Made by a program: the position numbers and the translations under genes. The notes under the pieces are model-generated. The model had not been told where the DNA came from, made no database searches, and saw only the letters and a program-made list of their open reading frames with translations. From positions 1-59,495 of the IMG/VR virus record IMGVR_UViG_3300042898_004908: a stretch of 59,495 nt of DNA; one strand, given 5' to 3'. This DNA comes from a virus. Lineage: Duplodnaviria; Caudoviricetes. Of this stretch, positions 25,065 to 35,397 are shown one piece after another (position 1 is the first letter of the stretch; each line of letters opens with the position of its first letter).

Positions 25065-27737
25065 ATGGCCAATGTAAAAATTTCACAACTACCAAGCCTG
25101 TCTACCATGACAGACTCCGCAATTATTCCAGTGGTGGCATCAGATGCTACTCAACAAATTTCTGGCGCAAATTTAAAAACTTACTTTTCAAGCGTTGCAG
25201 GCAACATCACTGGTGGCAATTTGCTGACAGCTGGATTGATCTCAGCAACTGGTGCCATTACAGGTGCGACAATAACTGGCACAAGTTTGACAGTGTCAAA
25301 TGGCAATATAACAGCTGGTAATTTGTTGATCAGTGGTGCTATTATTGATTCAGCTCAATTGGATATCCAAACATCTGCTAACAATGCCAATATTGTGCTG
25401 ACTCCAAACGGCACAGGCAATGTCAACACCGGTGCAAATTTGAGTGCCACTGGCAACATCACAGGTGGCAATGTCCTAACCGGTGGCCAAGTTATTGCCA
25501 GTGGAGTGATACAATCTGGTACAGGACTCAGCACTGGCGGATACCTAAGTGTGAATGGTAGTACTGATTTACACGATACTAATGTAACTGGTAATCTTTC
25601 TGCCAGCACAGTAACTACCTCAGAACTCACTGTTAATATTATCAAGAGTGACGACAGCTCGTTTGTGTCCATTCAAGATGGACTTCTAGTAGATGGCATT
25701 ATAGAAACACATGGTAATGTCACTGCTGATTATTTCATTGGCAACGGCAGTCAACTAACTGGATTACCAGCCACATATGGCAATGCCAATGTTGTGGCCA
25801 ACTTGGCTGCACTTGGATCAAACCCAATCAGTTCAACTGGTAATATTACAACAACCGCTAATGTTTCGGGCAATTATATCTTAGGCAATGGATCACAACT
25901 AACTGGTATAGCCTCAAGTTATGGCAATGCCAATGTGGCCAACTACTTGCCTACATTCTCAGGCAACATTTCGGCAGGCAACATCAGTGCCGCAGGCAAC
26001 ATCGCAGGCAACTATTTTATCGGCAACGGTGCGCAGTTGACTGGAATCTCAACTGCTAGTACAGGCAATGTCACATTCAATGATGTCAATATCATTGGTA
26101 CAGGTAACTTAAATCTACAACCAAATGGTAGCAGTAGTGAATATTTAAATGTTTACTTGACCGGGGCCGCGGATATACATGTTGCATACGGTGGTGGCAG
26201 TGGAAATGTAATTTTGGGCACAGATGAAGAAGCCAATGTTGCTGTTTTACAAGGAGGCAATGTGGCCATACAGGCTGGTAATGTCAGTGGCACACAGACT
26301 TGGACATTTGACACTGCTGGTAACCTAACCTTGCCTGGCAATATTATCGCAATAAACTATGCCGACGGTAATCGAGTAACCGGCGGCGTCACATTCAATG
26401 GCGAAGCAGTGATTGGCACAGGCACCAGCAACACACAGAGTGGACTGTATCTTGCGCCGGATCCTGTGTCTTTAACAAATGACTTATACCTGCGAGTGCG
26501 TGGAAATATCCTGGACGAACCCACTCACATACATTTTGATACTGGAAACAATCAATACTACAATCAGTTCATTGGCGATGACAACAAGTATATACAATTG
26601 GCCAACACCGGCAACATTGTGATCAATACTAACGACTATGCGGGCAACACAGCACAGTGGAACTTTGGCACAGATGGTGATCTAACATTCCCCACAGGCA
26701 ATTTGGTTATCACGCCCGTTGATGCTGCCTTTGGCAACTCAGCTGTTATAGCATCCGAGGATCATAACTTGATCACATTCTCAACTGGAGCCAACGGTGG
26801 GGTATCATCACTCTGGGTGGAAGATATCGGCAACGTAGGCACTAGTAATATAGCGGCAGTATATGCTAACCCTACTCCAGGATCAAAGATTGTTAGAATA
26901 GCAGTAGGACAAAATGGCGGCGGTGGCGGTGGTCCTAATCTATGGGACTTTAATACCACTGGTAATTTAACATTACCCGGTGGCAGTCAAATTAGACCCC
27001 TGGGTGCCAACCTAGATATCGTTGCTGGTGGTGGTTATGTAAACTTGATAACCGCTGATGAAAGTTCTTATATGGGCGTTAGTGGCAATGGTGGTTTTAT
27101 TACCTCCCCTGGTGGCACTTGGCAATTTGACGCTACGGGCAACTTGAGTGCTCCTGGCAACATCAGTGCTGTGGGCAATGTCACTGCTGGTAACATATCA
27201 GCTGGATCAGGCACTATAACTGGCGGAAATGTCAATGGTGCAAATTTCAATGGCAATGTAGCATTTGGCACTGGTACAGTAGGAGGGTCTGGCAACATCA
27301 CAGGTGGCAATATTTTAACTGCAGGCATTGTCAGTGCCACTGGCAATGTGACTAGTGGAAATCTCAGTGTCACTGGCAACGTCACCGGCAACACAGCCGG
27401 TTTTACCATAGGCTACCTAAACATTCCGCAGGTGAGTTTGGCGTCCAACGTCACAACCGCACTGGCAGACAGTGGCAAGCACTATTACTCAGTCAGTGCT
27501 TCAAACTTGGCCTTGACCATTGCCAACAACACTTCAGTGTCCTGGCCTATTGGAACTGCTATTTCAATTGTGAATGCTAACACAGGAAATATTCTGATAA
27601 ATCAAGGCACAGGCGTAAGTCTCTATCTAGCAGGCAATGCAACCGCGGGCAACAGAGTGTTGAGCACATTTGGCATGGCCACTATCATGAACACCGCGGC
27701 CAATGTCTGGTTCATCAACGGTACAGGAGTCAGTTAA
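25065..27737 (+). CDS. Fibre-like virion protein with GNITGGN repeats
   Basis: VKISQLP N-terminus; G/N/T/S-rich repeats; W.FDT.GNLTLP modules. Confidence 0.75.
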   Translation: MANVKISQLPSLSTMTDSAIIPVVASDATQQISGANLKTYFSSVAGNITGGNLLTAGLISATGAITGATITGTSLTVSNGNITAGNLLISGAIIDSAQLDIQTSANNANIVLTPNGTGNVNTGANLSATGNITGGNVLTGGQVIASGVIQSGTGLSTGGYLSVNGSTDLHDTNVTGNLSASTVTTSELTVNIIKSDDSSFVSIQDGLLVDGIIETHGNVTADYFIGNGSQLTGLPATYGNANVVANLAALGSNPISSTGNITTTANVSGNYILGNGSQLTGIASSYGNANVANYLPTFSGNISAGNISAAGNIAGNYFIGNGAQLTGISTASTGNVTFNDVNIIGTGNLNLQPNGSSSEYLNVYLTGAADIHVAYGGGSGNVILGTDEEANVAVLQGGNVAIQAGNVSGTQTWTFDTAGNLTLPGNIIAINYADGNRVTGGVTFNGEAVIGTGTSNTQSGLYLAPDPVSLTNDLYLRVRGNILDEPTHIHFDTGNNQYYNQFIGDDNKYIQLANTGNIVINTNDYAGNTAQWNFGTDGDLTFPTGNLVITPVDAAFGNSAVIASEDHNLITFSTGANGGVSSLWVEDIGNVGTSNIAAVYANPTPGSKIVRIAVGQNGGGGGGPNLWDFNTTGNLTLPGGSQIRPLGANLDIVAGGGYVNLITADESSYMGVSGNGGFITSPGGTWQFDATGNLSAPGNISAVGNVTAGNISAGSGTITGGNVNGANFNGNVAFGTGTVGGSGNITGGNILTAGIVSATGNVTSGNLSVTGNVTGNTAGFTIGYLNIPQVSLASNVTTALADSGKHYYSVSASNLALTIANNTSVSWPIGTAISIVNANTGNILINQGTGVSLYLAGNATAGNRVLSTFGMATIMNTAANVWFINGTGVS

Positions 27738-28486
27738 TGAGCGGTATTATGATGGCACTGGCCAACAACAATGTGCCCAGTGCCAGTGTTGTGAGTTATA
27801 CTGCCCTAGCCGGTAGCCTTCAGTTTAACGGAAGCAGTCAGTACCTTAGTATGTCGCCCGGCACCGCATTAGGTACCGGTGCTTACACCATAGAAGGTTG
27901 GTTCTACAACAATAGTACCTATAATACTCAAAAGGCATTTGTTGCCACAGATCAATCAGGAGCACTAAGTCTATTCAACACTGATGCACAGTCATTTACA
28001 CTAGACAAATACGGTGGTCTTGGTGCAAGAACTTATACTTTTCCCTATAACACCTTACAAGTAAATAAGTGGCAGTATATCATACTTAATCGTAATGCTA
28101 GTACACAGGTAGAAACTATGTGGGTCGGCACTTTTGTCAATACTAGTGCTTATGTGACTTGTAATCGTGCTACCGGGGCCGCAGGCGGAACCAGTGTCAG
28201 TGGTGGAACACAAGTAAACAATCTTGATTACACAGGTGTTTGTAACTGGATAGGCAGATTCTACGGTGGCTATTGGCCTGGCTTTATTACCAACCTTAGA
28301 ATCACTGTTGGAACGGCTGTGTATAACAGCACCAGTAGCACAGTTACCGCACCTTCAGCACCCTTGCCTAGTCTGGCCAACACCAAGTATCTGATGCTAG
28401 GTGCGGCAGTGATCACCGACACCTCAGGTACACAGACTGTCACAAACAACGGCACAGTGACACAAACGGCTACCAAGCCGTTCTAA
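27737..28486 (+). CDS. LamG/concanavalin A-like lectin domain protein (fibre tip or accessory)
   Basis: SLQFNGSSQYL, YTIEGWFY, WQYI, GFITNLRI pattern. Confidence 0.7.
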   Translation: MSGIMMALANNNVPSASVVSYTALAGSLQFNGSSQYLSMSPGTALGTGAYTIEGWFYNNSTYNTQKAFVATDQSGALSLFNTDAQSFTLDKYGGLGARTYTFPYNTLQVNKWQYIILNRNASTQVETMWVGTFVNTSAYVTCNRATGAAGGTSVSGGTQVNNLDYTGVCNWIGRFYGGYWPGFITNLRITVGTAVYNSTSSTVTAPSAPLPSLANTKYLMLGAAVITDTSGTQTVTNNGTVTQTATKPF

Positions 28487-28489
28487 GAT

Positions 28490-29638
28490 TCAGACTTTGA
28501 ACCAAGAAAGATACTGAGCAATCTTTTTGTTCACACTGGCCCAGTCATCCATTTCAGGTTGTCTGAACAGTCTCACAGTAGAATACCAAGGGCTGTCATC
28601 TCGATTGGTCAGCCAACGCCAATCAGTTGCAAACCAATTTAGCATGACCCAGGTGGGTCTGCCCAGTGCACCACTCAAGTGAGTGATTGCAGTGTCCACA
28701 CTGATCACCAGGTCCATGGCCATGATCAGAGCAGCCGTGTCTTGAAAGTTGTTTATGGTTCCTGGATAGCGAGTAACACCAGCATCGGCCAAGGCAGCAT
28801 CTTCTTCGGCAGTGGCGTCAATTTGCAAATTGACCCATTCGTACTGTGGATGCTGTTTGATCAGCTCAAGCATGGATTCAAAAGGCACACCTTTGTGTTG
28901 ATTCAACCAGGCGTCTCTGCGACCACTCCAACTGAATCCAATTCTCATGCGTTTTTTAGGACCCAACAACTGTAACCATTGTTGTTGCAGACCCATGTTG
29001 ACTTCCAGATAATTCATGGATCTAGTCAAATTTTTCAAAGTCACACCCAGCACTCTGGGAATGCTCATGATTGGAATCCAGTAATCAAAATCGCCCACAT
29101 CGTCTGTGTATGATGCAACTTGTTGAATAACTCGATTGCCGTTCAGCAATGGAATCAGCCCATCAGTCACTTGCAATTTTACTTTGGCACCACGATCAAC
29201 CAAAGCATTCAAAAATCTCACAAATTGAATGTTGTCTCCGTGCCCTTGTTCACCGCGAACCAGAATAGTTTTGCCATTCAAGTCTTGCCCGGTCCACTGT
29301 GGCTGACTGTACTGTGGCAGTGTACCAGCAAGATGCTCGTACTGCCAACGAATTTCGTAAGCAGGCCATCCTCGCTCGTAGTCGCCCATGCCCAACAGCG
29401 CCACAGCACGATTGAATTGTGCAGTAGCATGTTGAGGTGCAAGTATCATTGAATGTTCCAAAAATGGAATGGCTCTGGCTGGTTGTCCGCACTCTCTGAG
29501 GACATTGCCGTAGTTGTTCCAGGCAGCGGCTGAATCTGGGTCAGCCACAAACGCCTGTGCGTAACATTCTAACGCCTTCAAAGGCTGGCGTTGACTGCGA
29601 TATTGATTGCCTTGGTCTATTAATTGATCTGTGTTCAC
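28490..29638 (-). CDS. TPR-repeat glycosyltransferase (GT-B, GT9-like C-terminus)
   Basis: TPRs (AWNNYGNVL); EQGHGDNIQFVRF; DLVISVDTAITHLSGALG; DWRW; SPWY. Start placed at GTG 29638, 5 nt after a TAAATA core. Confidence 0.85.
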   Translation of the reverse strand: MNTDQLIDQGNQYRSQRQPLKALECYAQAFVADPDSAAAWNNYGNVLRECGQPARAIPFLEHSMILAPQHATAQFNRAVALLGMGDYERGWPAYEIRWQYEHLAGTLPQYSQPQWTGQDLNGKTILVRGEQGHGDNIQFVRFLNALVDRGAKVKLQVTDGLIPLLNGNRVIQQVASYTDDVGDFDYWIPIMSIPRVLGVTLKNLTRSMNYLEVNMGLQQQWLQLLGPKKRMRIGFSWSGRRDAWLNQHKGVPFESMLELIKQHPQYEWVNLQIDATAEEDAALADAGVTRYPGTINNFQDTAALIMAMDLVISVDTAITHLSGALGRPTWVMLNWFATDWRWLTNRDDSPWYSTVRLFRQPEMDDWASVNKKIAQYLSWFKV

Positions 29639-29700
29639 GGCAATATTTAATAACACATGTCTGGCCTGGCGTTATTTCTTGTTTTCGCTAAATACTGGTC

Positions 29701-29772
29701 AACGCAAATCGGCGTTTTATGCAGGACACCACTGCGTAGCGGCTAGAACCCGCATCGGGCTTCTATAAGGAG
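29701..29772 (+). promoter_or_regulatory. Structured 5' leader (three hairpins and a possible pseudoknot) of the 29780 gene
   Basis: Follows TAAATA 29689-29694. Stems AACGC/GCGTT, TATGCAG/CTGCGTA, GCGG/CCGC; loop TAGAA complementary to TTCTA next to the RBS. Confidence 0.5.
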
Positions 29773-29779
29773 AAATCAA

Positions 29780-30604
29780 ATGGGAAGAGCTCTAAAAATT
29801 CAAAAAACTGGTTCCAACGGCATCACAATTAATGCCAACGGAACAGTTAACACACCAGCGGCATCAGTAGCAGTTGATCAAGGTTTTCCAAACTTTGGAT
29901 CACTAACTGATCCAGTTTACAACTCACCAGTTCAAACACTGACTTCAAGTCAATTCTTGGGTGTGGTTGGTGGTGCACCTGTACTCAGTTCACCAACCAC
30001 AACATATCCAGAAATTTCACCCCAAGTGAATATTGCATTGCCAGATGGCACCGGCCAAGGAGTAGCAACTGGTCGTATCATCCGTCAAAAGGGTGCGCAC
30101 AAATTCCTGGTATCCAGCAATACCACAGTCAACGACGAAGACATGGTAGTCGGTGCAAGTTACATGATTATATCTCTAGGCGGAACCAATTGGCAACAAA
30201 TGGGTGCTCCTGCTGGTGCCGTTGCTGGTACAATTTTTACCTGTACAGCCACAGTAGCAACTGCATCAACCGGTACTGGCGTATTGGTTGGCCAGTGCGT
30301 GTTGGCCAACACTGCCACACCAACAGCTGGCTTCATGAGCATCAGCTATTCAGTAGGCGACAGCGTGGCAGTATATGCCAGCTACATTACCAACAAGTGG
30401 GTGCGTGATTGGACTGGTATGACTTATCAGAACTACAGCAACAGCAACCTTGGACCAAACATTCAAAGCAATGAAAACTTCTATGTTACCAACTTCTTCA
30501 CAGACGAAGGCACAGTCACATGGTCTGGTGCAGAAATCATTGGCGGAGCAGATGCTCAAAATGGTTCCTTGCAATTGGCTCAAATTACCAACATTACTTC
30601 GTAA
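29780..30604 (+). CDS. Hypothetical virion structural protein
   Basis: Late promoter, strong TAAGGAG RBS; MGRALKIQK, IIRQKGAHKFLV. Confidence 0.7.
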   Translation: MGRALKIQKTGSNGITINANGTVNTPAASVAVDQGFPNFGSLTDPVYNSPVQTLTSSQFLGVVGGAPVLSSPTTTYPEISPQVNIALPDGTGQGVATGRIIRQKGAHKFLVSSNTTVNDEDMVVGASYMIISLGGTNWQQMGAPAGAVAGTIFTCTATVATASTGTGVLVGQCVLANTATPTAGFMSISYSVGDSVAVYASYITNKWVRDWTGMTYQNYSNSNLGPNIQSNENFYVTNFFTDEGTVTWSGAEIIGGADAQNGSLQLAQITNITS

Positions 30605-30619
30605 TAGTTTTGGATCCAG

Positions 30620-30653
30620 AATCCCCCTTGCTAACTACTAGGGGGATTTTTTT
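30620..30653 (+). terminator. Terminator-like hairpin that also covers the next RBS
   Basis: AATCCCCCT-tgctaactact-AGGGGGATT followed by a T run, directly before ATG 30654. Confidence 0.65.
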
Positions 30654-31241
30654 ATGAGTTTGGTTTTTGTATTAGGTAACGGTCTAAGTAGACAATCAGT
30701 TGATCCAGCACAATTGCAGGAGCTGGCGCCTGTGTACGGGTGCAATGCATTATATCGAGATTTTACACCCACTGTTTTGATAGCAACTGATCGACCCATT
30801 GCTGAACACATTCAAAACAGTGGTTATTCTGCAAGCAATCGTTTTTATACTAGAAACCCTATATCAGGTCTGGGCGCTCGAAAAATACCCAAAGAGTACT
30901 GGACTTTTAGTTCAGGTCCGGCAGCCGTGGGAATTGCAGCGGATGAAGGCCACGAAGCAATCTATATCATTGGATTTGATATGGGGCCAACAGAAAACAA
31001 TAGATTCAACAACATCTACTCAGACACAGAATTCTACAAATCCAGTGCAGCCAATCCCACTTACTCTGGCAATTGGGTGCGACAACTACAACACATAACA
31101 AAAAAATATCCAAACAAAAGATTTGTCAGAGTAATGGGTGCAACCACAGCTGATATTGCTGGTCTCAAAAGCATAAAAAATCTAACACACCTGCCCATTG
31201 CAGAGTTCTTGTTACGGCTAAATAGTAAAAAGGATCTCTGA
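30654..31241 (+). CDS. DUF115/Maf-like (sialyltransferase-type Rossmann) protein
   Basis: FVLGNGLSR, YGCNA, LIATD, SSGPAA, IYIIGFD motifs. Confidence 0.55.
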   Translation: MSLVFVLGNGLSRQSVDPAQLQELAPVYGCNALYRDFTPTVLIATDRPIAEHIQNSGYSASNRFYTRNPISGLGARKIPKEYWTFSSGPAAVGIAADEGHEAIYIIGFDMGPTENNRFNNIYSDTEFYKSSAANPTYSGNWVRQLQHITKKYPNKRFVRVMGATTADIAGLKSIKNLTHLPIAEFLLRLNSKKDL

Positions 31242-31318
31242 ATGTATATTTTTGTCACAAAACCCATTGCTGATACAACCACTAACACATCCAAAGATCT
31301 CAGAGTTGCTGGAGTGGT

Positions 31319-32335
31319 ATGTCGCAAAATATAATAAATGTAGGTGCAGTGGCCAACGATGGCACCGGCGCATCATTGCGTATTGCGTTTGATGAGGTCA
31401 ACGACAACTTCTCGCAAATTTGGGCATCCGGCCCAGTCAACTCCAATGTTGTAATTGCCAACAACATAATTGCCACAAACGGAACAAATCAAGATCTAAT
31501 ACTGTCCCCAAACGGCATTGGAAACATACAAACCAATAGTCATATAGTTCCTTCGATCAATTCAGTGTATGATCTAGGTTCCTACAACAGTCAGTACGAC
31601 ACTGTCTGGACCAGAAATGCAGAAATTGGCTATGCCAACATTGCAAACTTCACTTCGTTGACAATTGCCATCGACAACCTGCATATCACAGGCGGTGCCA
31701 ATGCATATGTATTACAGACAGATGGCACTGGTAACTTGAGTTGGACACCGCAAACTGGCGGCAACGGTGGTATACCAGGCGGCTCTAACACACAAGTTCA
31801 ATTCAACAATGCTAATGTTTTTGGTGGCAATGCATCATTTACCTTTAACACAACCACTAGTACAATGGCTGTGATTGGTACCATCAGGTCAACAGGTAAT
31901 ATCAGCGCAACAGGCAACACCACCAGTGGAAATTTTATAACATCAGGTGCAAGCGGCAATATCACCGGTGCAAATGTAATCTTTGCCAATACTTTTGTAG
32001 GTAATGGCGCAAGTTTAACAAATGTACTGGCCAGTCGAGGTGCAGACTCTGATAATTGGGACACAAACACCCAAATGGGCGTTTATGTAGTAAATAGAAC
32101 GAGTTGGGCTGGAACAACAGGTACGCCGTTGGACAGTCAAGTTTATGTGGGTCTATTAGAAGTTAAAACTAGTACATCTTCAGTTAGTACGACAGTGCAG
32201 AATTTTTACCCAGGCACAATCAATGATGTCAACAATGTAAAAATTCAGTTTAATCGTAGTCTCTGGAATGGAGCCTGGACTTCGTGGATAAAAATGACGA
32301 ACAACGGTCAACAGATTGACGGTGGTTCTTTTTAA
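31319..32335 (+). CDS. Baseplate/fibre protein with a T4 gp9/gp10-like N-terminus
   Basis: INVGAVANDGTGASLRIAFDEVNDNF; GSNTQVQFN; LQTDGTGNLSW. Confidence 0.7.
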   Translation: MSQNIINVGAVANDGTGASLRIAFDEVNDNFSQIWASGPVNSNVVIANNIIATNGTNQDLILSPNGIGNIQTNSHIVPSINSVYDLGSYNSQYDTVWTRNAEIGYANIANFTSLTIAIDNLHITGGANAYVLQTDGTGNLSWTPQTGGNGGIPGGSNTQVQFNNANVFGGNASFTFNTTTSTMAVIGTIRSTGNISATGNTTSGNFITSGASGNITGANVIFANTFVGNGASLTNVLASRGADSDNWDTNTQMGVYVVNRTSWAGTTGTPLDSQVYVGLLEVKTSTSSVSTTVQNFYPGTINDVNNVKIQFNRSLWNGAWTSWIKMTNNGQQIDGGSF

Positions 32336-32350
32336 TACTTAGGAAAAAAA

Positions 32351-35300
32351 ATGGCAAATACAGTTTTAATTAAAAAGTCAGGTGTTGCAAATGCGGTGCC
32401 TGGTACAGGTGACCTGGCTTATGGCGAGCTGGCGATTAACTACAATGACGGCAACCTGTTTTACAAAAACAGTGGCGATGTAGTAACTGTAATCGCCAGT
32501 AACAAATTCGTGTCGGTCTCCGGCAACATCACCGGCGGCAACATCAACACTGTTGGCAATGTCAGTGGCAATTACTTTATTGGTAATGGTAGTCAACTGA
32601 CAGGCGTAACTGCCACATCAGCCAATGCTGAAACACTAACAGGCACATTCATAGCTTCAGGTGTGGTTGGATCTAGTTTGACATCGGTTGGTGTGTTGAC
32701 ATCATTGAGTGTGAGCGGTAACACCATCACTGGAAACTTGAGCACTGCTGGCAATGTTGCCGCAGGTGGTGTGCTGACTGATAACATTTATTATGCCAAT
32801 GGCACACCCTGGGACATGCAACAACCATCAGGGTCCAACACTCAAATTCAGTTCAACAACAACGGCAATTTTGGTGCAAATGCCAATTTGACCTTTGACA
32901 CCGCTACCAACATTCTTGGCACAGCTAACATTACTGCCAGTGGAACTGTCAGTGCAACTGGTAATATTACTGCTGGCAATGTACTGTTTGGTTCTGGCAT
33001 TGTCAGCGGCACAGGCAACATTAGTGGCGGTTACTTCTTTGGTAACGGTAGTCAACTGACTGGTATTGATACCACAAGTATACAAAATGGCAACAGCAAT
33101 GTACAAGTCTATGCCAATGGCAATGTGGCCACCAGCGTTGGCGGCACAGCCAATGTGCTCGTGGTCACAGTTGACGGTGCAACAGTCACAGCCAATCTAA
33201 GTGCCACCGGCAACATCTCAGGCAGTTACTTCTTAGGGAATGGTAGCCAACTTACAGATATAATAGCCAATGCAGAAACACTGACAGGCACATTCATAAA
33301 CTCAGGTGTAACTGGTTCTAGCCTAACATCCGTTGGCACATTGATATCATTAAATGTCACTGGCAATACTGCCAGCGGTAATTTACTCACAGGTGGCCTG
33401 GTATCTGCAACTGGTAATATCACTGGTGGCAACTTGTCAGCAGGCAGCGGCCAAATTGTAACAACTGGCAATATCACTGGCGGCAACTTGTCAGCAGGCA
33501 GCGGCCAAATTGTAACAACTGGCAATATCACTGGCGGCAATGTACTGTTTGGAGCAGGCATTGTAAGTGGCACAGGCAATATCTCCGCTGGCTACTTTAT
33601 TGGTAATGGTAGTCAACTGACAGGTGTAACAGCCAGTTCAGCCAATGCTGAAACGCTAACAGGCACATTCATAAACTCAGGTGTAACTGGTTCTAGTTTG
33701 ACATCAGTTGGCACATTGATATCATTGAGTGTGAGTGGTAATACTACAAGTGGTAACTTACTCACTGGTGGATTAATTTCAGCAACTGGCAACATTGACG
33801 GTGGCAACTTGTCAGGTACCAGCATTGCAGGTACATTGACCACAGCCGCACAAACCAATATCACATCAGTAGGTACACTGGGTAGTTTGGCAGTAACTGC
33901 CAATGTCACAGGTGGCAATATATTGACTGCTGGTATTATCAGCACATCTGGCAACATCACTGGTGGCAACTTGTTTGTTACCAGTATTGAAAGTGTAACT
34001 GGCAACATCACTGGTGGTAATATATTGACAAGCGGATTGATATCTGCAACAGGTATAATCACAGGTAGTGCGTTGACAGCAGGTGCTGGCAATGTCACAG
34101 GTGGTAACATTTTAACCAGCAGTATAGTAGGCACAGGGGTCACAGTTACTTCCACTGGCAATATTGCATTGTCTGCTACTGGTAATATATTCTTACCAAA
34201 TCAAACATGGATTACCAACCTTAAAGATCCAGCCCAGGCGCAGGATGCTGCCACCAAGAATTATGTGGACACTGTGGCACAAGGCCTTGACGCCAAAGCT
34301 TCTGTGCATGCTGCCACCTATGTGGCCTTGGCTGACGCATACACTTACAACAACGGCACAGGTGGTATTGGTGCCACACTGACCGCCAATGCAGTTGGTA
34401 ATTTGGTCATTGACGGACAAACAATCGCGCTCAATCAGCGTGTGTTGATCAAGAACGAAACTGGTGTATTTGTCAACAACACCACACCAAGTGGAGCATT
34501 CAACGGTATCTATTTGTGTACCACAGCAGGTGCTGCAGGCACAGCTTGGGTGTTGACTCGTGCTGTTGACTTTGATGTCAACACAGAAATGTACGCTGCA
34601 TTTACATTTGTTGAAACAGGCACCAACAACGATGATACTGGATGGGTCTGTACCAACAGTGCGGCATCCAGCCCAATCACAGTGGGCACAACACAAATTG
34701 TATTCACACAGTTTTCAGGTGCAGGGTCATACACAGCTGGTACTGGACTGAGCTTAACAGGCACAGTATTCAGCATTGCTAATACTGCTGTGACTCCTGG
34801 CAGTTACGGCAATGCCAGTACTATTTCTACATTCACAGTCAACCAACAAGGCCAACTCACTACAGCTGGAACTGCCAATATCACAGCACCAGCTGGTGAT
34901 TTAACTGGAACAACGCTTAATGCCACTGTGATAAACTCTAGTTTGACATCAGTTGGTACTCTGGTGTCACTGAGTGTAACTGGTAACACCACCAGCGGAA
35001 ATGTTAATTCTACTATTTTAAGTGCAAGTGGCAATGTTGTAGGCGGCAATGTACTCACAGGTGGATTGATATCTGCCACAGGCAACATTACTGGCGGCAA
35101 TGTACTGTTTGGATCAGGCGTTGTAAGTGGTACAGGCGACATCACTGGTGGCAACATCACTGGTGGCAACATCTTGACCACTGGTACTGGTAACATAGCT
35201 ACTCTAATAGTAACAACTTTTGCCAATGTTGTGGCCACAACTACTTCTACATCAAATGTCTCAGGTGCATTGAGAGTAGCAGGTGGTGTTGGAGTCACAG

Positions 35301-35383
35301 GTAATGTCTATGCTGACGGCATGTACACAGGCGGAGTCACAGTATTGAATGCAAATTCTACCATTGATGGCGGAACATACTAA
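32351..35383 (+). CDS. Tail-fibre-like protein
   Basis: GELAINYNDGNLFYKN N-terminus; GNITGGN and SSLTSVG repeats; DAATKNYVD module; ends IDGGTY. Confidence 0.75.
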   Translation: MANTVLIKKSGVANAVPGTGDLAYGELAINYNDGNLFYKNSGDVVTVIASNKFVSVSGNITGGNINTVGNVSGNYFIGNGSQLTGVTATSANAETLTGTFIASGVVGSSLTSVGVLTSLSVSGNTITGNLSTAGNVAAGGVLTDNIYYANGTPWDMQQPSGSNTQIQFNNNGNFGANANLTFDTATNILGTANITASGTVSATGNITAGNVLFGSGIVSGTGNISGGYFFGNGSQLTGIDTTSIQNGNSNVQVYANGNVATSVGGTANVLVVTVDGATVTANLSATGNISGSYFLGNGSQLTDIIANAETLTGTFINSGVTGSSLTSVGTLISLNVTGNTASGNLLTGGLVSATGNITGGNLSAGSGQIVTTGNITGGNLSAGSGQIVTTGNITGGNVLFGAGIVSGTGNISAGYFIGNGSQLTGVTASSANAETLTGTFINSGVTGSSLTSVGTLISLSVSGNTTSGNLLTGGLISATGNIDGGNLSGTSIAGTLTTAAQTNITSVGTLGSLAVTANVTGGNILTAGIISTSGNITGGNLFVTSIESVTGNITGGNILTSGLISATGIITGSALTAGAGNVTGGNILTSSIVGTGVTVTSTGNIALSATGNIFLPNQTWITNLKDPAQAQDAATKNYVDTVAQGLDAKASVHAATYVALADAYTYNNGTGGIGATLTANAVGNLVIDGQTIALNQRVLIKNETGVFVNNTTPSGAFNGIYLCTTAGAAGTAWVLTRAVDFDVNTEMYAAFTFVETGTNNDDTGWVCTNSAASSPITVGTTQIVFTQFSGAGSYTAGTGLSLTGTVFSIANTAVTPGSYGNASTISTFTVNQQGQLTTAGTANITAPAGDLTGTTLNATVINSSLTSVGTLVSLSVTGNTTSGNVNSTILSASGNVVGGNVLTGGLISATGNITGGNVLFGSGVVSGTGDITGGNITGGNILTTGTGNIATLIVTTFANVVATTTSTSNVSGALRVAGGVGVTGNVYADGMYTGGVTVLNANSTIDGGTY
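33408..33540 (+). repeat. 54-bp near-perfect tandem repeat (about 2.5 copies) within the fibre gene
   Basis: caactggyaatatcactggyggcaacttgtcagcaggcagcggccaaattgtaa repeated; encodes TGNITGGNLSAGSGQIVT. Confidence 0.85.
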
Positions 35384-35397
35384 AATACAGTATCTAA

